Below are positions 35,948 to 46,113 of a stretch of 64,000 bases of DNA, in pieces (the stretch's first letter is position 1; each line of letters begins with the position of its first letter). The stretch is from assembly GCA_033764955.1 (NCBI GenBank), contig JANRIL010000001.1:1-64000 (forward strand). The letters run 5' to 3'. The translations under genes were made by a program, and so were the position numbers. The notes under the pieces were generated by a model. That model did not search any database. It was not told the origin of the DNA and worked only from the letters and a program-made list of their open reading frames with translations. The stretch comes from Cyanobacteriota bacterium (GTDB lineage Bacteria; Cyanobacteriota; Cyanobacteriia; Thermostichales; Thermostichaceae).

Positions 35948-37459
35948 CTAAGGGAGAAAGGTCTCTAGCAGGTAACGATTTTTTTGAAATTCATTGAGCA
36001 AAAGCTCCACCTCAATCTGCCATAAGCCGGACTGAGCCATCTCTCCTCCGTGCCAGAAAAAGGAGTTTTTTGGGGATTGCTGCATAGGACGACGAATCGG
36101 ATCAATATCTTGTTCGGGCAGGGAAAAGACTAAAGTGGCGGTCAGGGGATCCCGATCGGTCTGGGTTTTCAAAATTAGGGTATTTTCTCCGGCACGACAG
36201 GGAATGATGCAGAGAGTAATGGCTTGACCCGTGCTGTCCGTAGCCGTAAGTTGGCACTGGTTTTGTTCAGGCGGGTGGGTCTGGGCGAATCCAGAGGGAT
36301 CCTGTTCCACCAGAGCCGTCGTGACCAGCAGGAGCAGCGCCAGTCCGAGGATCTCGACGGTGACCATACGGCGGAGGCGGGGTAAGACTAGCAGGGATCC
36401 CTGAGCTAGGGTAGGCAGGAGGCGAAATTTATTGTGGGCAGCCAAACCCAGCAGCAGCAGCACGATCAGCAGTTTGAACAAGACAAGTTGAGTATAGAGA
36501 TTGCGGATCTGCCAAGGCCACCCCAGATGGATCAACCCCAACCCCAATCCAGCCAGTGTTAACAGAGGCACAATCAGAGTAGCTCGCCTGGAAAAGTGCT
36601 GAATGGCTTGCCGATCCGCTTTTCCCAAAGCAATTCGCAGCAATCCCCCTCCCCAAAAAGCAATACCAGCTAGGTGCAGAAACAAGATCCCCATCGCCGG
36701 GATCCCCTGTCTAGCTGAATGCCCTACCCCACAAAAGGAGAGCAGTACTAAGCCTTGCCCCCAGCCTCGCGTAGGCACAGCCAACAAACCCAGCATCCCC
36801 AGCATCCGCACACCAGCGCTGATCCCATAGGCGGAGGTGAACAGGGATCCCCAACCCGTGCCAGACCCCTCCCCATACAACTGCATAAATTGGGTCAGTA
36901 GCCCCGCCCCGCTAGCCGCCATCGTTACCCCAATGCACCAGAGCAAGCCACGGCGAGACCAGCCCGCTATCCCCACACTCAGTAGGGATCCCCCGTACAG
37001 GAGTGCCCGCCCACCCGCCCCCCCCCAGCGCCATGGATCCCAGGCATCAGGATGAGGGATATCCCCCGCTTGAGCTACCCCCACCGAAAAGACGAACCCT
37101 CCCCGCACCGGATGACCATCCGCCGAGATGGCTCGCCAACTCACTGTGTAAAGCCCCCTCGGCAAGTCGGTCTGAAGGGACACTGTTGCCTGCTCACCAG
37201 CCACCACAGGGGATCCCTGAACCACCGTTTCACCAGCCGCATTCAGCACCCGCAATTGGGTTACCTCAACCGTTTCGTTGAAGTGCAAGACCACTTCGGG
37301 GGGAGAATTGACCAAGACCTCTTGATCCGCAGGCTGAGTGTGCCGCAAAGCCGCATGAGCTAGGGCAGGATCCCCAGATAAGCCAAGAACCAGACACAAC
37401 CCCAGCAACAAAAAAACAACCAATCGATAGCAATGATTCATAGACACTTGCCCAACCAC
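35948..37459 (-). CDS. CopC-CopD fusion copper uptake protein (YcnJ-like)
   Basis: ALAHAAL..T.P mature N-terminal His, WRAISADGHPVRG.F.FSVG, CopD TM region. Confidence 0.88.
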   Translation of the reverse strand: MVGQVSMNHCYRLVVFLLLGLCLVLGLSGDPALAHAALRHTQPADQEVLVNSPPEVVLHFNETVEVTQLRVLNAAGETVVQGSPVVAGEQATVSLQTDLPRGLYTVSWRAISADGHPVRGGFVFSVGVAQAGDIPHPDAWDPWRWGGAGGRALLYGGSLLSVGIAGWSRRGLLWCIGVTMAASGAGLLTQFMQLYGEGSGTGWGSLFTSAYGISAGVRMLGMLGLLAVPTRGWGQGLVLLSFCGVGHSARQGIPAMGILFLHLAGIAFWGGGLLRIALGKADRQAIQHFSRRATLIVPLLTLAGLGLGLIHLGWPWQIRNLYTQLVLFKLLIVLLLLGLAAHNKFRLLPTLAQGSLLVLPRLRRMVTVEILGLALLLLVTTALVEQDPSGFAQTHPPEQNQCQLTATDSTGQAITLCIIPCRAGENTLILKTQTDRDPLTATLVFSLPEQDIDPIRRPMQQSPKNSFFWHGGEMAQSGLWQIEVELLLNEFQKNRYLLETFLP

Positions 37460-37460
37460 C

Positions 37461-38000
37461 CTAATGGCTAGCGGTTTCCCGCACCAACTTCAACAGAGGG
37501 GCAGGCTCTGCCAACTCCTCAGGATCCTCTCCAGGGGCAGCCACTTCAATCCAGCGATGAACCCCTTGTTCACATTCCTGCACCACCGGAATGGGCACCA
37601 CTTGATCCGGTAGATCCGGCAATTTAAGACTGAGGCTAAATTCATCCATAAACTCGTCGAGCAAAGGTCCCCCCGTCCACACCACCTCCGCCACAGTTTC
37701 GGTAATGGGTTTCCCGTGGGATTCGATCGGAGTGTCTAACTTGACCTTAACCGTGCTGATCTCCCAGCCGGGATGCACCATCGGTTTGACCGAGAGAGAA
37801 CCCTTAGGCAGTTGCACCCGCACTTTAGTGGTAGGGGATCCCTCACAACCATGAGGCACACGGAAGGTGAGCTTGGCATAACCGTTAGCAGGAGCCTCTT
37901 TAGGCCAAACCGTAACATGGGCTAATGATGGGGGAGTTATCCCGACGACAAGACTAGAGGTTAGCACCGAAAAACAGATCGTTCGCAATCGTGTAATCAT
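37461..38000 (-). CDS. YcnI (DUF1775) copper-binding protein
   Basis: SLAHVTV, FRVPHGC, W.GGPL, VVQEC, W.E. Confidence 0.88.
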   Translation of the reverse strand: MITRLRTICFSVLTSSLVVGITPPSLAHVTVWPKEAPANGYAKLTFRVPHGCEGSPTTKVRVQLPKGSLSVKPMVHPGWEISTVKVKLDTPIESHGKPITETVAEVVWTGGPLLDEFMDEFSLSLKLPDLPDQVVPIPVVQECEQGVHRWIEVAAPGEDPEELAEPAPLLKLVRETASH

Positions 38001-38208
38001 TTTTATGTGGGTAGAGAGTTAACAATTCAAACCATTAAGCTAATCCAAAATAGCCAATCCAAAACTAGCCAAGTGCTAGCTACTTCCGTCCATGGAAAGT
38101 TATTTTCACCCAGGATGGAATCAAAGTCTCACGCTGAGAGGAGCAAGTCAAAAGACGGACTGTCAAACATCAACATGGCCAACCATTGGACAACCTCACC
38201 ATCTCTAC

Positions 38209-39078
38209 CTAACCCACCGCCACAGACGGGAAACTCTGGATACTTTTTTCTACTGCCAGATACCAATTTTGTTCAGCTTCCTGGAGGTGAGGATCCAGTT
38301 GCAACGCCCATTTGAATTGCTCAATCGCTGCATTCATCTGTCCTGTTTGAGCCAAACTTACCCCTAACCCATTGTGAGCCGCTGCCCAATCTGGTTTGAG
38401 TTGAATGGCTAGGGAGAAAGAATCCACAGATTTGATGGGATCCATCCGTCGTTCAACCATACCCATCACATAATAAATTCTTGCATCCCTTGGGTTCAGA
38501 TCCATCGCTATCTTCAATTGCTCTTGAGCCGCATGATGCTGATCTTCTTGATATAGAGCCTCTCCCAAAGCAATATGAGATTCTATCAGGGCTGGATCCA
38601 AATCAACAGCCATTTGCAATTGCTCAATTGCCAGAAAAAGATCTCCTTTAGCAAGTAAGACATTAGCAAGATTGTGGTGAGTCTGAGCAAGATTAATTAT
38701 ACTTTCTCCCCTCCGATCGCCATTTAATAAATTTAATGATAGCTCTAATTCAAACTCATGAAGAGCTTCTTCGAGATATCCAGTTTGAGCCAGTATACTA
38801 CCCAGATTATTATGGGCATTAGGGTGAGAAGGATTACTCTGGAGAGCTAAGCGAAACTTTTGAGCCGCTTGATCCCATTGCTGCTGCTGATAAAGGTGAA
38901 GCCCTTCCTCAAAGTAAATTCCTGATTGATAAAGTGGATCCTGAATTGCATGGGCGATCAAGGGCAAGACTAATAGATTTAACATAACCCCTAAGCCAAT
39001 CAAAAGCAGGGTGGCAGCTAGGATATAAATAGTTTTCCATAATTGATGAGCCCAAGAAAAAGGTTCCTGCTCAGACAT
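38209..39078 (-). CDS. membrane-anchored TPR protein
   Basis: N-terminal TM, repeated AHNNLG/A..LDP TPR units. Confidence 0.85.
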   Translation of the reverse strand: MSEQEPFSWAHQLWKTIYILAATLLLIGLGVMLNLLVLPLIAHAIQDPLYQSGIYFEEGLHLYQQQQWDQAAQKFRLALQSNPSHPNAHNNLGSILAQTGYLEEALHEFELELSLNLLNGDRRGESIINLAQTHHNLANVLLAKGDLFLAIEQLQMAVDLDPALIESHIALGEALYQEDQHHAAQEQLKIAMDLNPRDARIYYVMGMVERRMDPIKSVDSFSLAIQLKPDWAAAHNGLGVSLAQTGQMNAAIEQFKWALQLDPHLQEAEQNWYLAVEKSIQSFPSVAVG

Positions 39079-39142
39079 GAATTTATCCCCAATTGGTTCG
39101 CCGACTGAATTGAATAACTAACTACTAATCACTACCCATCAT

Positions 39143-39559
39143 TTAGTCATCTGCACAGGCTAACAAAACTGAATTTTCCCTAAGATTAGCTAAGTTCTTT
39201 CCCCAGTTCCTTTGAGCTTGGTCTAACACATAGGCAGCTACCGAATCAATCTCTTCCGGCTTGAGTCGTTTACCAAAAGCAGGCATTCCTCCCTTGCCAT
39301 AAGTTACTTGCTTAATTACTGCTTCCTGTGAATCCATGCTATATTTTTGCAGGGTTTGAAGATAGAGATTTTTGTCAGGCATAACAGAATTTTTACCCCC
39401 CATGTGGCAGCCAATGCAGTTAGCCTTAAATATCTTGGCTCCCTGCGTTAAGTCAGCTTCGGCAAAAGCAGGGAATGTAAGGATCCCACACATGAACATG
39501 GAAAGTAATAACAAACCTATGGCACGAATCCACTTTCTTATCTGCATATTCAGCATCAT
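39143..39559 (-). CDS. petJ: cytochrome c6 family protein
   Basis: PAFAEAD signal, GAKIFKANCIGCH, GKGGMPAFGKRL. Confidence 0.85.
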   Translation of the reverse strand: MMLNMQIRKWIRAIGLLLLSMFMCGILTFPAFAEADLTQGAKIFKANCIGCHMGGKNSVMPDKNLYLQTLQKYSMDSQEAVIKQVTYGKGGMPAFGKRLKPEEIDSVAAYVLDQAQRNWGKNLANLRENSVLLACADD

Positions 39560-39826
39560 CCTTTCTCTCCAAAGCAAGACATTTCCCAAAACACCTAAAC
39601 AACTATTGTCGAGCTATTTTGAGCATCACGAACTAACACAAACAATCTGTGCAAAACTCAGATAAAAATTTGACTAGATTTGAGCAGTACTTTATTCCTT
39701 GCCACTATTTTGCTCCAGCTTGTCTGCCGGTGTCAAAAGACAGCTTGTCAATGTTAACGTTGCTATTTTTCATAGCCCATTCCTCCGGTGTGCCGGGATC
39801 CCATCTATACATTTGAACTCAGAAGC

Positions 39827-40081
39827 CTAGTAATCACGTCCATTCTGTAAGGTAAAAGTTGTAACTTTACCTTCCTCAGGATCCACAATCCAATGTTCAG
39901 GGATCCCTAGTTTTTCATATTCCCTAGTCTTGATTTCATAGTCTCGTTCTCGATTCTCCTCACCAGGGCTGACGACCTCCACCACCAAGAGCGGCGGACG
40001 TTCCACAATGTTCGCTAATTTAGGGTTTTGCTGGCGAAGTGCCTCCCAGTCTTCAGCATGAATAATCCAGAAATCTGGTTC
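39827..40081 (-). pseudogene. Uma2-family endonuclease C-terminal remnant
   Basis: EPDFWII...PPLLVVEVVSPGEENRERDY..K..EY..LGIPEHWIVDP; preceded by a stop, no start. Confidence 0.8.
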
Positions 40082-40254
40082 TCATGAGGTTCGGATCCCC
40101 CTCTTGCGACTCCCAAAATAGGGATCCCATTCCGCGCATCCAAATGTTATTCCAAGTCAACGGAAATGCTCAGGTACTCGATTCGGTTACGAATTTACTA
40201 TCTCAGGTTTCGGGATATCCCTCTCCTCCCCTGATTCATACTGCTACTCAGCAA

Positions 40255-40410
40255 CGCCTCATTGAGATGACCTGAGGCACCTCTACACATAGCCAACCGA
40301 TCACCAGTATCAATGCCCTACTCTGGTTCAAGCTCAGGGGCACAGGCTTTTCGGCTTATACTACCGATCTCAGGCTCTACATCCCAGCTTTGGAACAGGA
40401 GGAATTATAG
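40255..40410 (+). pseudogene. second Uma2-family remnant (N-terminal part)
   Basis: IEMT*GTSTHSQ...LRGTGFSAYTTDLRLYIP resembles the Uma2 N-terminus; internal stop. Confidence 0.5.
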
Positions 40411-40502
40411 TCATTCCGATTTAATTTGAGAATCGCAAAGCCCCTCACAGCTTGGCTAGAAGGACTTAGGTAGTCGGATTCTTATGATGATATGCGGAGA
40501 TA

Positions 40503-40895
40503 TTACAGGGATCCCTGAGATGGCCTGGTTTCAGGGTAGCCCGCCTCTCGCCAGCCCCGCATACCTCCATCCATAGAAATGACGCGGGTATAGCCCATCT
40601 TTTGCAGATTATCCGCCGCTAGGGCAGAACGAAAGCCGCCCCCACAATAGAGAATAATCTCAGCGTTGGGATCCGGAATGTGGCTTTCGATATCCCGCTC
40701 TAGGATCCCCTTGCCCAGATGAATGGCCCCCTCAGCATGTCCAGCCAGCCATTCGGATTCTTCCCGCACATCAATGAAATGAAAGGGATCCCCTTGTTGC
40801 TGTTTCTCTCTGACTTGATCCACGCTCATTTCCACAATGCGAGTTTTCGCTGCTTCGACCAGGGCAAGGAACTTCGGAGCATGATGAGGAGCCAT
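40503..40895 (-). CDS. rhodanese-like sulfurtransferase
   Basis: IDVRE..EW..GH, LYCGGGFRS, MDGG..GW. Confidence 0.92.
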   Translation of the reverse strand: MAPHHAPKFLALVEAAKTRIVEMSVDQVREKQQQGDPFHFIDVREESEWLAGHAEGAIHLGKGILERDIESHIPDPNAEIILYCGGGFRSALAADNLQKMGYTRVISMDGGMRGWREAGYPETRPSQGSL

Positions 40896-40908
40896 CTGCG
40901 GATCCCCC

Positions 40909-41460
40909 CTAGCCCACTAACTCGATAGCATCCGCCCGCCGATCCGCATGGTGACGGGGCAGTCCTTCCAACGCCACTTCCCGATCATCGCGGCTGCCTG
41001 GGGGGATCCCAGGCTCAGTTAATTGATCCAGTTCGGTTACAAAGTCCTTAACTCCCTGGAATTGTCGATAAACAGAGGCAAAGCGAACGTAAGCCACCTC
41101 GTTTAATTTTTGTAGCCCCTCTAGCACCATTTCGCCAATTTTGAGGGTACTGACCTCCTGCACATCTTCCAGTTGCAGGCGCTCTTCAATGCGCTCCACC
41201 AGATCTTCCATTTGCTGGACACTGACCTGGGTCTTTTGACAGGCTCGCATCACCCCCTGCAAAATTTTGTTGCGATTAAAGCTCTCCCGCGAACCATCCC
41301 GTTTGATCACCATGATCGGCACAAACTCAATCCGCTCATAGGTGGTGAATCGATAACTGCACGACATACATTCCCGCCGCCGCCGCACACTCTGACCGGC
41401 CTCAGCTGAACGAGACTCCAAAACACGAATTTCTTGCTTGCTACAACGGGGGCATTTCAT
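40909..41460 (-). CDS. nrdR: transcriptional repressor NrdR
   Basis: MKCPRC, RRRREC..C..RFTTYE, ATP cone, VAYVRFASVY. Confidence 0.96.
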   Translation of the reverse strand: MKCPRCSKQEIRVLESRSAEAGQSVRRRRECMSCSYRFTTYERIEFVPIMVIKRDGSRESFNRNKILQGVMRACQKTQVSVQQMEDLVERIEERLQLEDVQEVSTLKIGEMVLEGLQKLNEVAYVRFASVYRQFQGVKDFVTELDQLTEPGIPPGSRDDREVALEGLPRHHADRRADAIELVG

Positions 41461-41577
41461 GGGTGCAAATCCTCTCAGGCGAACTCACAGTCGGCGAAAT
41501 CAGTGAAGGGTAAGGGAACGCGGGGGAAAACTCATCCTCTAGGACGGAAGGCAAAATGCTGATGCAAACAAACTGTA

Positions 41578-43143
41578 TCAAATCTTCTCCGCTTGGGCAT
41601 CACCATCCGCCATTGTCTGGATCGCTGCTGGGGATCCGGATTGCCACCAAGCTTGAGCGAGTGCCTGGATTTGGCGAATGGTCTCCGGTTCGAGACGATC
41701 CAGGTGAGCTAGCACCAACCCCATCCGACCTAGCCCCTGCAAGGTTTGGCGATGTCTCAGTAAAAAATCCCAATAAAAGAAGTTAAACGGGCAAGCGTCC
41801 TCCCCAACTTTCTGGTTGTGATGATAGTGGCAAGAGCGGCAATAGTCACTCATGCGATGGATGTAATTGGCGGAGGCGGCGTAGGGCTTGCTGGCGAGCA
41901 TTCCCCCATCCGCAAACAACCCCATGCCAAGCACATTGGTTTGCATCACCCAATCATAACTATCAATAAAGACCGCATGAAACCACGATTCCATGACTTG
42001 GGGTTGGATGCCGCTAATCAAGGCAAAGTTGCTGAGAATCATCAGCCGTTGAATGTGGTGAGCATATCCGGTGCGCTGAATTTGATCGATGACTTGATGT
42101 AAACAATTCAAGTCTGTCTGTCCTGTCCAAAAAAAGTCGGGTAACGGATGTTGATGCTGAAAGGTATTCTGTTGAGCATAGTGATCGGGCATTAGATATT
42201 CATAAAGACCGCGCATATATTCTCGCCATCCCAATATCTGTCGAATAAATCCCTCCACACTGTTGATCGGGATCCCGTTCGTCCAGTAAGCATTTTCGGC
42301 CTCTTGGATTACCTCCTGAGGGGTCAATAGCCCCATATTTAGATAAGGAGAAATCAAGCTATGCCAAAGGCTATCGGATCCCGTTACCATCGCATCTTGC
42401 CAAGGACCAAATTGGGTCAACCGATGGGCTAAAAAATCTTGTAAAACCAGCCAAGCCTGTGGTCGAGTCACCGCCCAGCCAAAGTTTTTCAGGGATCCAA
42501 AGTGATGGGTATAGTGGGTAGAGACTTTCTGGATGACCGTCTGGGTGATGGCATCGGGGGGGAAATGGAGAGGGCTGGGAAAAGTGACTTGAGCAGGTGG
42601 AGGTTGGCGATTCTGGCTATCAAAATTCCACGCCCCGCCACAGGGATCCCTTCCTTCCATCAAAATCTGAAATCGTTTGCGCCCCGCTCGATAAAAATCT
42701 TCCATCAACAGACGTTTCCGACCTTTTGCCCATATCAGAAACTCGGATCTTGACCAGAGAAAATGATTATTTTCAAGGAGGACAATCGGACAAGGAAGTT
42801 GAGGGGCTATGGCTTGAACGTATTCTCGAAAAGGAATATCGGCTGGGGTCATCAGGCGAATTTCCCTGAGGTTTCGCTCCGTTGCCCAGTCATGCAAAGG
42901 GATGACAAAATCGACAGATTCTACATACGTGACTGGATAGCCCTGCTGGTGCAGTGCTTCTGCAAAATGACGCATAGCTGACCAGATCAGTACCAGCTTT
43001 TGTTGATGAAAATTACGCTGGTTTACCCAAGCCTGCGACTCGATCAAAATCACCGGAATGGTGGCCGGATCGTCGGAAAGGCAGGCCAAAGCCGACTGTT
43101 GAGGATGCAGTTGATCGCCTAAAATCCAGACGCCTACGGTCAT
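41578..43143 (-). CDS. cryptochrome/photolyase family, FeS-BCP (6-4 photolyase/CryB-type)
   Basis: ILGDQL, HQQKL, EGFIRQILGWRE, HHIQRLM, SDYC..C, ACPF. Confidence 0.92.
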   Translation of the reverse strand: MTVGVWILGDQLHPQQSALACLSDDPATIPVILIESQAWVNQRNFHQQKLVLIWSAMRHFAEALHQQGYPVTYVESVDFVIPLHDWATERNLREIRLMTPADIPFREYVQAIAPQLPCPIVLLENNHFLWSRSEFLIWAKGRKRLLMEDFYRAGRKRFQILMEGRDPCGGAWNFDSQNRQPPPAQVTFPSPLHFPPDAITQTVIQKVSTHYTHHFGSLKNFGWAVTRPQAWLVLQDFLAHRLTQFGPWQDAMVTGSDSLWHSLISPYLNMGLLTPQEVIQEAENAYWTNGIPINSVEGFIRQILGWREYMRGLYEYLMPDHYAQQNTFQHQHPLPDFFWTGQTDLNCLHQVIDQIQRTGYAHHIQRLMILSNFALISGIQPQVMESWFHAVFIDSYDWVMQTNVLGMGLFADGGMLASKPYAASANYIHRMSDYCRSCHYHHNQKVGEDACPFNFFYWDFLLRHRQTLQGLGRMGLVLAHLDRLEPETIRQIQALAQAWWQSGSPAAIQTMADGDAQAEKI

Positions 43144-43179
43144 GATCTGGCTTCCTTGTCATAGTGGACGGGGATCCCG

Positions 43180-44199
43180 TTATTCACTCAGGTGTAGCCC
43201 TAATCCCTCTTTGCGGTTCCGCAGGTCGTAATATAAAATCGCCTTGATCACCTGCCAAAAGGGAAGAATCAGCGCCCCACTGACAAATCCCGCCAAAAGA
43301 CTGACGATAAAACTGGCAGTGGTCACGGCAAAAAACAGCCAACTATCCTCCGGCAACAATAATCCAGCAATGTCAAAAGGAACCTGTGGTAAATAGCCCA
43401 CGATCAACTGCACAGGTAGGGTAACAATACCCGCAATAAAAGTAATCAAAAAGAGGCGACCCACGGATCCCTGAGTCAACTGCCAACTGCGTCGGATACT
43501 GGCGGCGGTGGTCAGTTGCGGTTCAATCGCCAGGGGTAACTCCGACAACATCCAACGGGTATAGAACCAAGCTATAGGTAGCAACACTAGGCCAATCACC
43601 CCCAAAATCACCAGTAGCGCAATCACCAATCCCAACAAAATATTGTCAGAAGGAGAGTCGCCCCCAAATAAAGCCACCATCACAAAACCCAAAATCCCCA
43701 ACACAACTACGGCCAGGATGACCAGCCCTAGATAAAGAACAAACATCAAAATTCCCACCCGAAAGGCCACCCCCAAAAATGACCAAAGACGGGGATCCAA
43801 ATCTTGGCGAGCGGCTGCTATGCTCTCCGGCTGATTGCTTAATTCTTTGAAGGTTAACCGAGAAATCAGAGCAGAAATCAACACAAACTTGGCCCAGCCG
43901 TAGAGTGCCAAGGGAATCATCACGAGAGCAAAAACCAGCAAAATGCCCGCCGCCGCCCCCAAGCCATCCAGGATAGCTACGGGAATATCGACCTCCTCAC
44001 TAAAACCAGGAATGACCCCTGCCAAAAACGCAAACAGCGAACCATAAAGAAACAAAAAGCAAAAGAAAAAGGGGATCAGCCAAAGATAAGCCCGCAGCGA
44101 TAGCCAAAAGTAAGACTTAATCTGAGATCGCCAAAGCTGCACCCCCAAACTGACCACATTGCCGACACTGAGAGGATTGAGGCTGGAATAGGCAGTCAT
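43180..44199 (-). CDS. conserved integral membrane protein
   Basis: PLSVGNVV, RSWQLT.G, LYYDLR.RKEG; multiple TM; divergent from SpoIIM-family gene. Confidence 0.75.
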   Translation of the reverse strand: MTAYSSLNPLSVGNVVSLGVQLWRSQIKSYFWLSLRAYLWLIPFFFCFLFLYGSLFAFLAGVIPGFSEEVDIPVAILDGLGAAAGILLVFALVMIPLALYGWAKFVLISALISRLTFKELSNQPESIAAARQDLDPRLWSFLGVAFRVGILMFVLYLGLVILAVVVLGILGFVMVALFGGDSPSDNILLGLVIALLVILGVIGLVLLPIAWFYTRWMLSELPLAIEPQLTTAASIRRSWQLTQGSVGRLFLITFIAGIVTLPVQLIVGYLPQVPFDIAGLLLPEDSWLFFAVTTASFIVSLLAGFVSGALILPFWQVIKAILYYDLRNRKEGLGLHLSE

Positions 44200-44291
44200 A
44201 GCACTCCGGCATAAATAAGTGGAGCCAAGCAAGGCACGGATTGGTTTTATCTCGTACGGGTTAGATTATCGAGAGATCTTCAACAAAACTT

Positions 44292-45251
44292 ATGGATATT
44301 CAACGCTGGATGGCGCGCCGTGATCCGCAATGGCGAGAACTGGATAACCTGCTTAAACAGGCAGAAAGCCAAGGGATCCGTTCCCTGCGCTCCCCAGAAG
44401 TGCGGCAACTCTCCAGCCTTTACCGGAGCGTCAGCGCCGATCTGGCTCGTGCCCAAACCCATCAGGTGGGACAGGTGGTGACTCGCCATTTGCAGGATTT
44501 GGTGACCCGCAGTTTTGCCCAGATCTATCAGGGATCCCGGCGACAAGAATGGGCTGCCGTCTGGCAGTTTTATGCCTGGGGATTACCGAAGGTACTGCGT
44601 CAAACCTCACCCTATTGGGGGCTGGCGGTGCTGCTGTTTGGTCTCGGTATGGGAATTGGTTGGCAGAATAGCCAAGCGGATCCGCAGTTTATGGCCTTAC
44701 TCGTACCGGAGGGGATCATTGAACAGGTGCGGGATCGGGGGGAGTTGTGGACGGGTTCGATTGTCGGGGTAGAGCCGCTGGCCTCCAGCCGCATTACTAC
44801 TAATAATTTGGCGGTTTGTTTCGCTGCCGTAGCAGGGGGGATCACGGCTGGGCTGTATACGGTTTTTATTATGGTTTTGAATGGGTTGTTGATCGGCTGT
44901 ATCGCGGTGTTGGTGGCGCAATACCAGTTGGCAGGGTCTTTCTGGGCGTTTGTTTTTCCCCATGGGTCGTTGGAGTTACCTGCCATTTTTTTGGCGGGGG
45001 GGGCAGGATTGCTGTTGGCACGGGCGTTGTTGTTTCCCGGCTGGTATCGGCGACTGGATGCTCTGCGCCTCTATGGTGGGTTAGCGGTTCGGTTGCTGGC
45101 GGCTGTTGTGCCGTTGTTGCTTTTAGCCGGAGCCATCGAGGGGTTTATTTCTCCCCAACCAGGGATCCCGGATGTCCTGAAATATGGCTTGGGATCCCTG
45201 CTGTTTGGCCTACTGATCAGCTATGGCTGTCGGCAACCGAAGAGAGGCTAA
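44292..45251 (+). CDS. SpoIIM-family membrane protein
   Basis: YRSVSADLARA, I.TNN, PHGSLEL.AI, AGAIEGF.SP. Confidence 0.9.
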   Translation: MDIQRWMARRDPQWRELDNLLKQAESQGIRSLRSPEVRQLSSLYRSVSADLARAQTHQVGQVVTRHLQDLVTRSFAQIYQGSRRQEWAAVWQFYAWGLPKVLRQTSPYWGLAVLLFGLGMGIGWQNSQADPQFMALLVPEGIIEQVRDRGELWTGSIVGVEPLASSRITTNNLAVCFAAVAGGITAGLYTVFIMVLNGLLIGCIAVLVAQYQLAGSFWAFVFPHGSLELPAIFLAGGAGLLLARALLFPGWYRRLDALRLYGGLAVRLLAAVVPLLLLAGAIEGFISPQPGIPDVLKYGLGSLLFGLLISYGCRQPKRG

Positions 45252-46072
45252 AACTGGTTGTTGATCCAGTCAGAGAACTCAGACACACGGGTATAGACCC
45301 CCGGAAAGCGGGGGCGACCACAACCCCGGCCAAAGCTAGTAACCCCCACTTGTACCCACGCACCCGGAGACTCTTCAACCAGCAGAGGCCCGCCGCTATC
45401 CCCTTGGCAGCTATCCCGCCCAGGTCTGCCGGCACAGATCATATTGTCAGAAATTTGTCCCGGATAGGATTGACTGCAACTGGCGTTGGATTGAACCGTG
45501 ACATCCACTTCCTGGAGTTGATTGGGAAAAAGGCGGGTAGGGCCTAGCCTCGCATCTCCCCAACCAATGGCGGTTGCCGTTTCTCCCACAAATAAACCAT
45601 CAGCGGGTTCTGCTCTGGTCACAACAGGGATCCCTGTGGATGGGGGGGCGATGAATAGCAACGCAATGTCGGAGTCTTCGCCGTTTAGCCCATAATCCGG
45701 GTGAATCGATAGGCTGGTGACCGCTAAGCGTTCTCCGCCATTGGTTAAGTCAGCCGTACCTAATAAAACCTCAATGTCTGCCGGATCACTCAACCCAGTG
45801 TCAACTAAGCAATGCGCCGCTGTCAGCACCACCTGCGGTGCAATCAGGGATCCTCCACAAAAGAATGCCTCATAGTTATCCGGCTGATCAGACTGCAACA
45901 GCGCCACCATCCAGGGATAAGCCCCAGGATCGGCATCGGATCCCCCCACAATCAACTGACTCGACTCCGATGGGATCCCAGTTTGAGCGGTCGGGAGAGA
46001 CTCCTTTCCACATCCGGCCACCAGAAAGAGCAACGATAAGCCCAGATAAGAGAAAGCACGGTTCATATCCAT
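45248..46072 (-). CDS. trypsin-like S1A serine protease lipoprotein
   Basis: Lipobox LVAGC, IVGG, CGGSLI, LTAAHC, DIAL, DSCQGDSGGP; start 46072 or 46066. Confidence 0.92.
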   Translation of the reverse strand: MDMNRAFSYLGLSLLFLVAGCGKESLPTAQTGIPSESSQLIVGGSDADPGAYPWMVALLQSDQPDNYEAFFCGGSLIAPQVVLTAAHCLVDTGLSDPADIEVLLGTADLTNGGERLAVTSLSIHPDYGLNGEDSDIALLFIAPPSTGIPVVTRAEPADGLFVGETATAIGWGDARLGPTRLFPNQLQEVDVTVQSNASCSQSYPGQISDNMICAGRPGRDSCQGDSGGPLLVEESPGAWVQVGVTSFGRGCGRPRFPGVYTRVSEFSDWINNQF

Positions 46073-46113
46073 CTCCAGTGAGGAATGACTCCTATTAACG
46101 TAGCAGCAGATGG

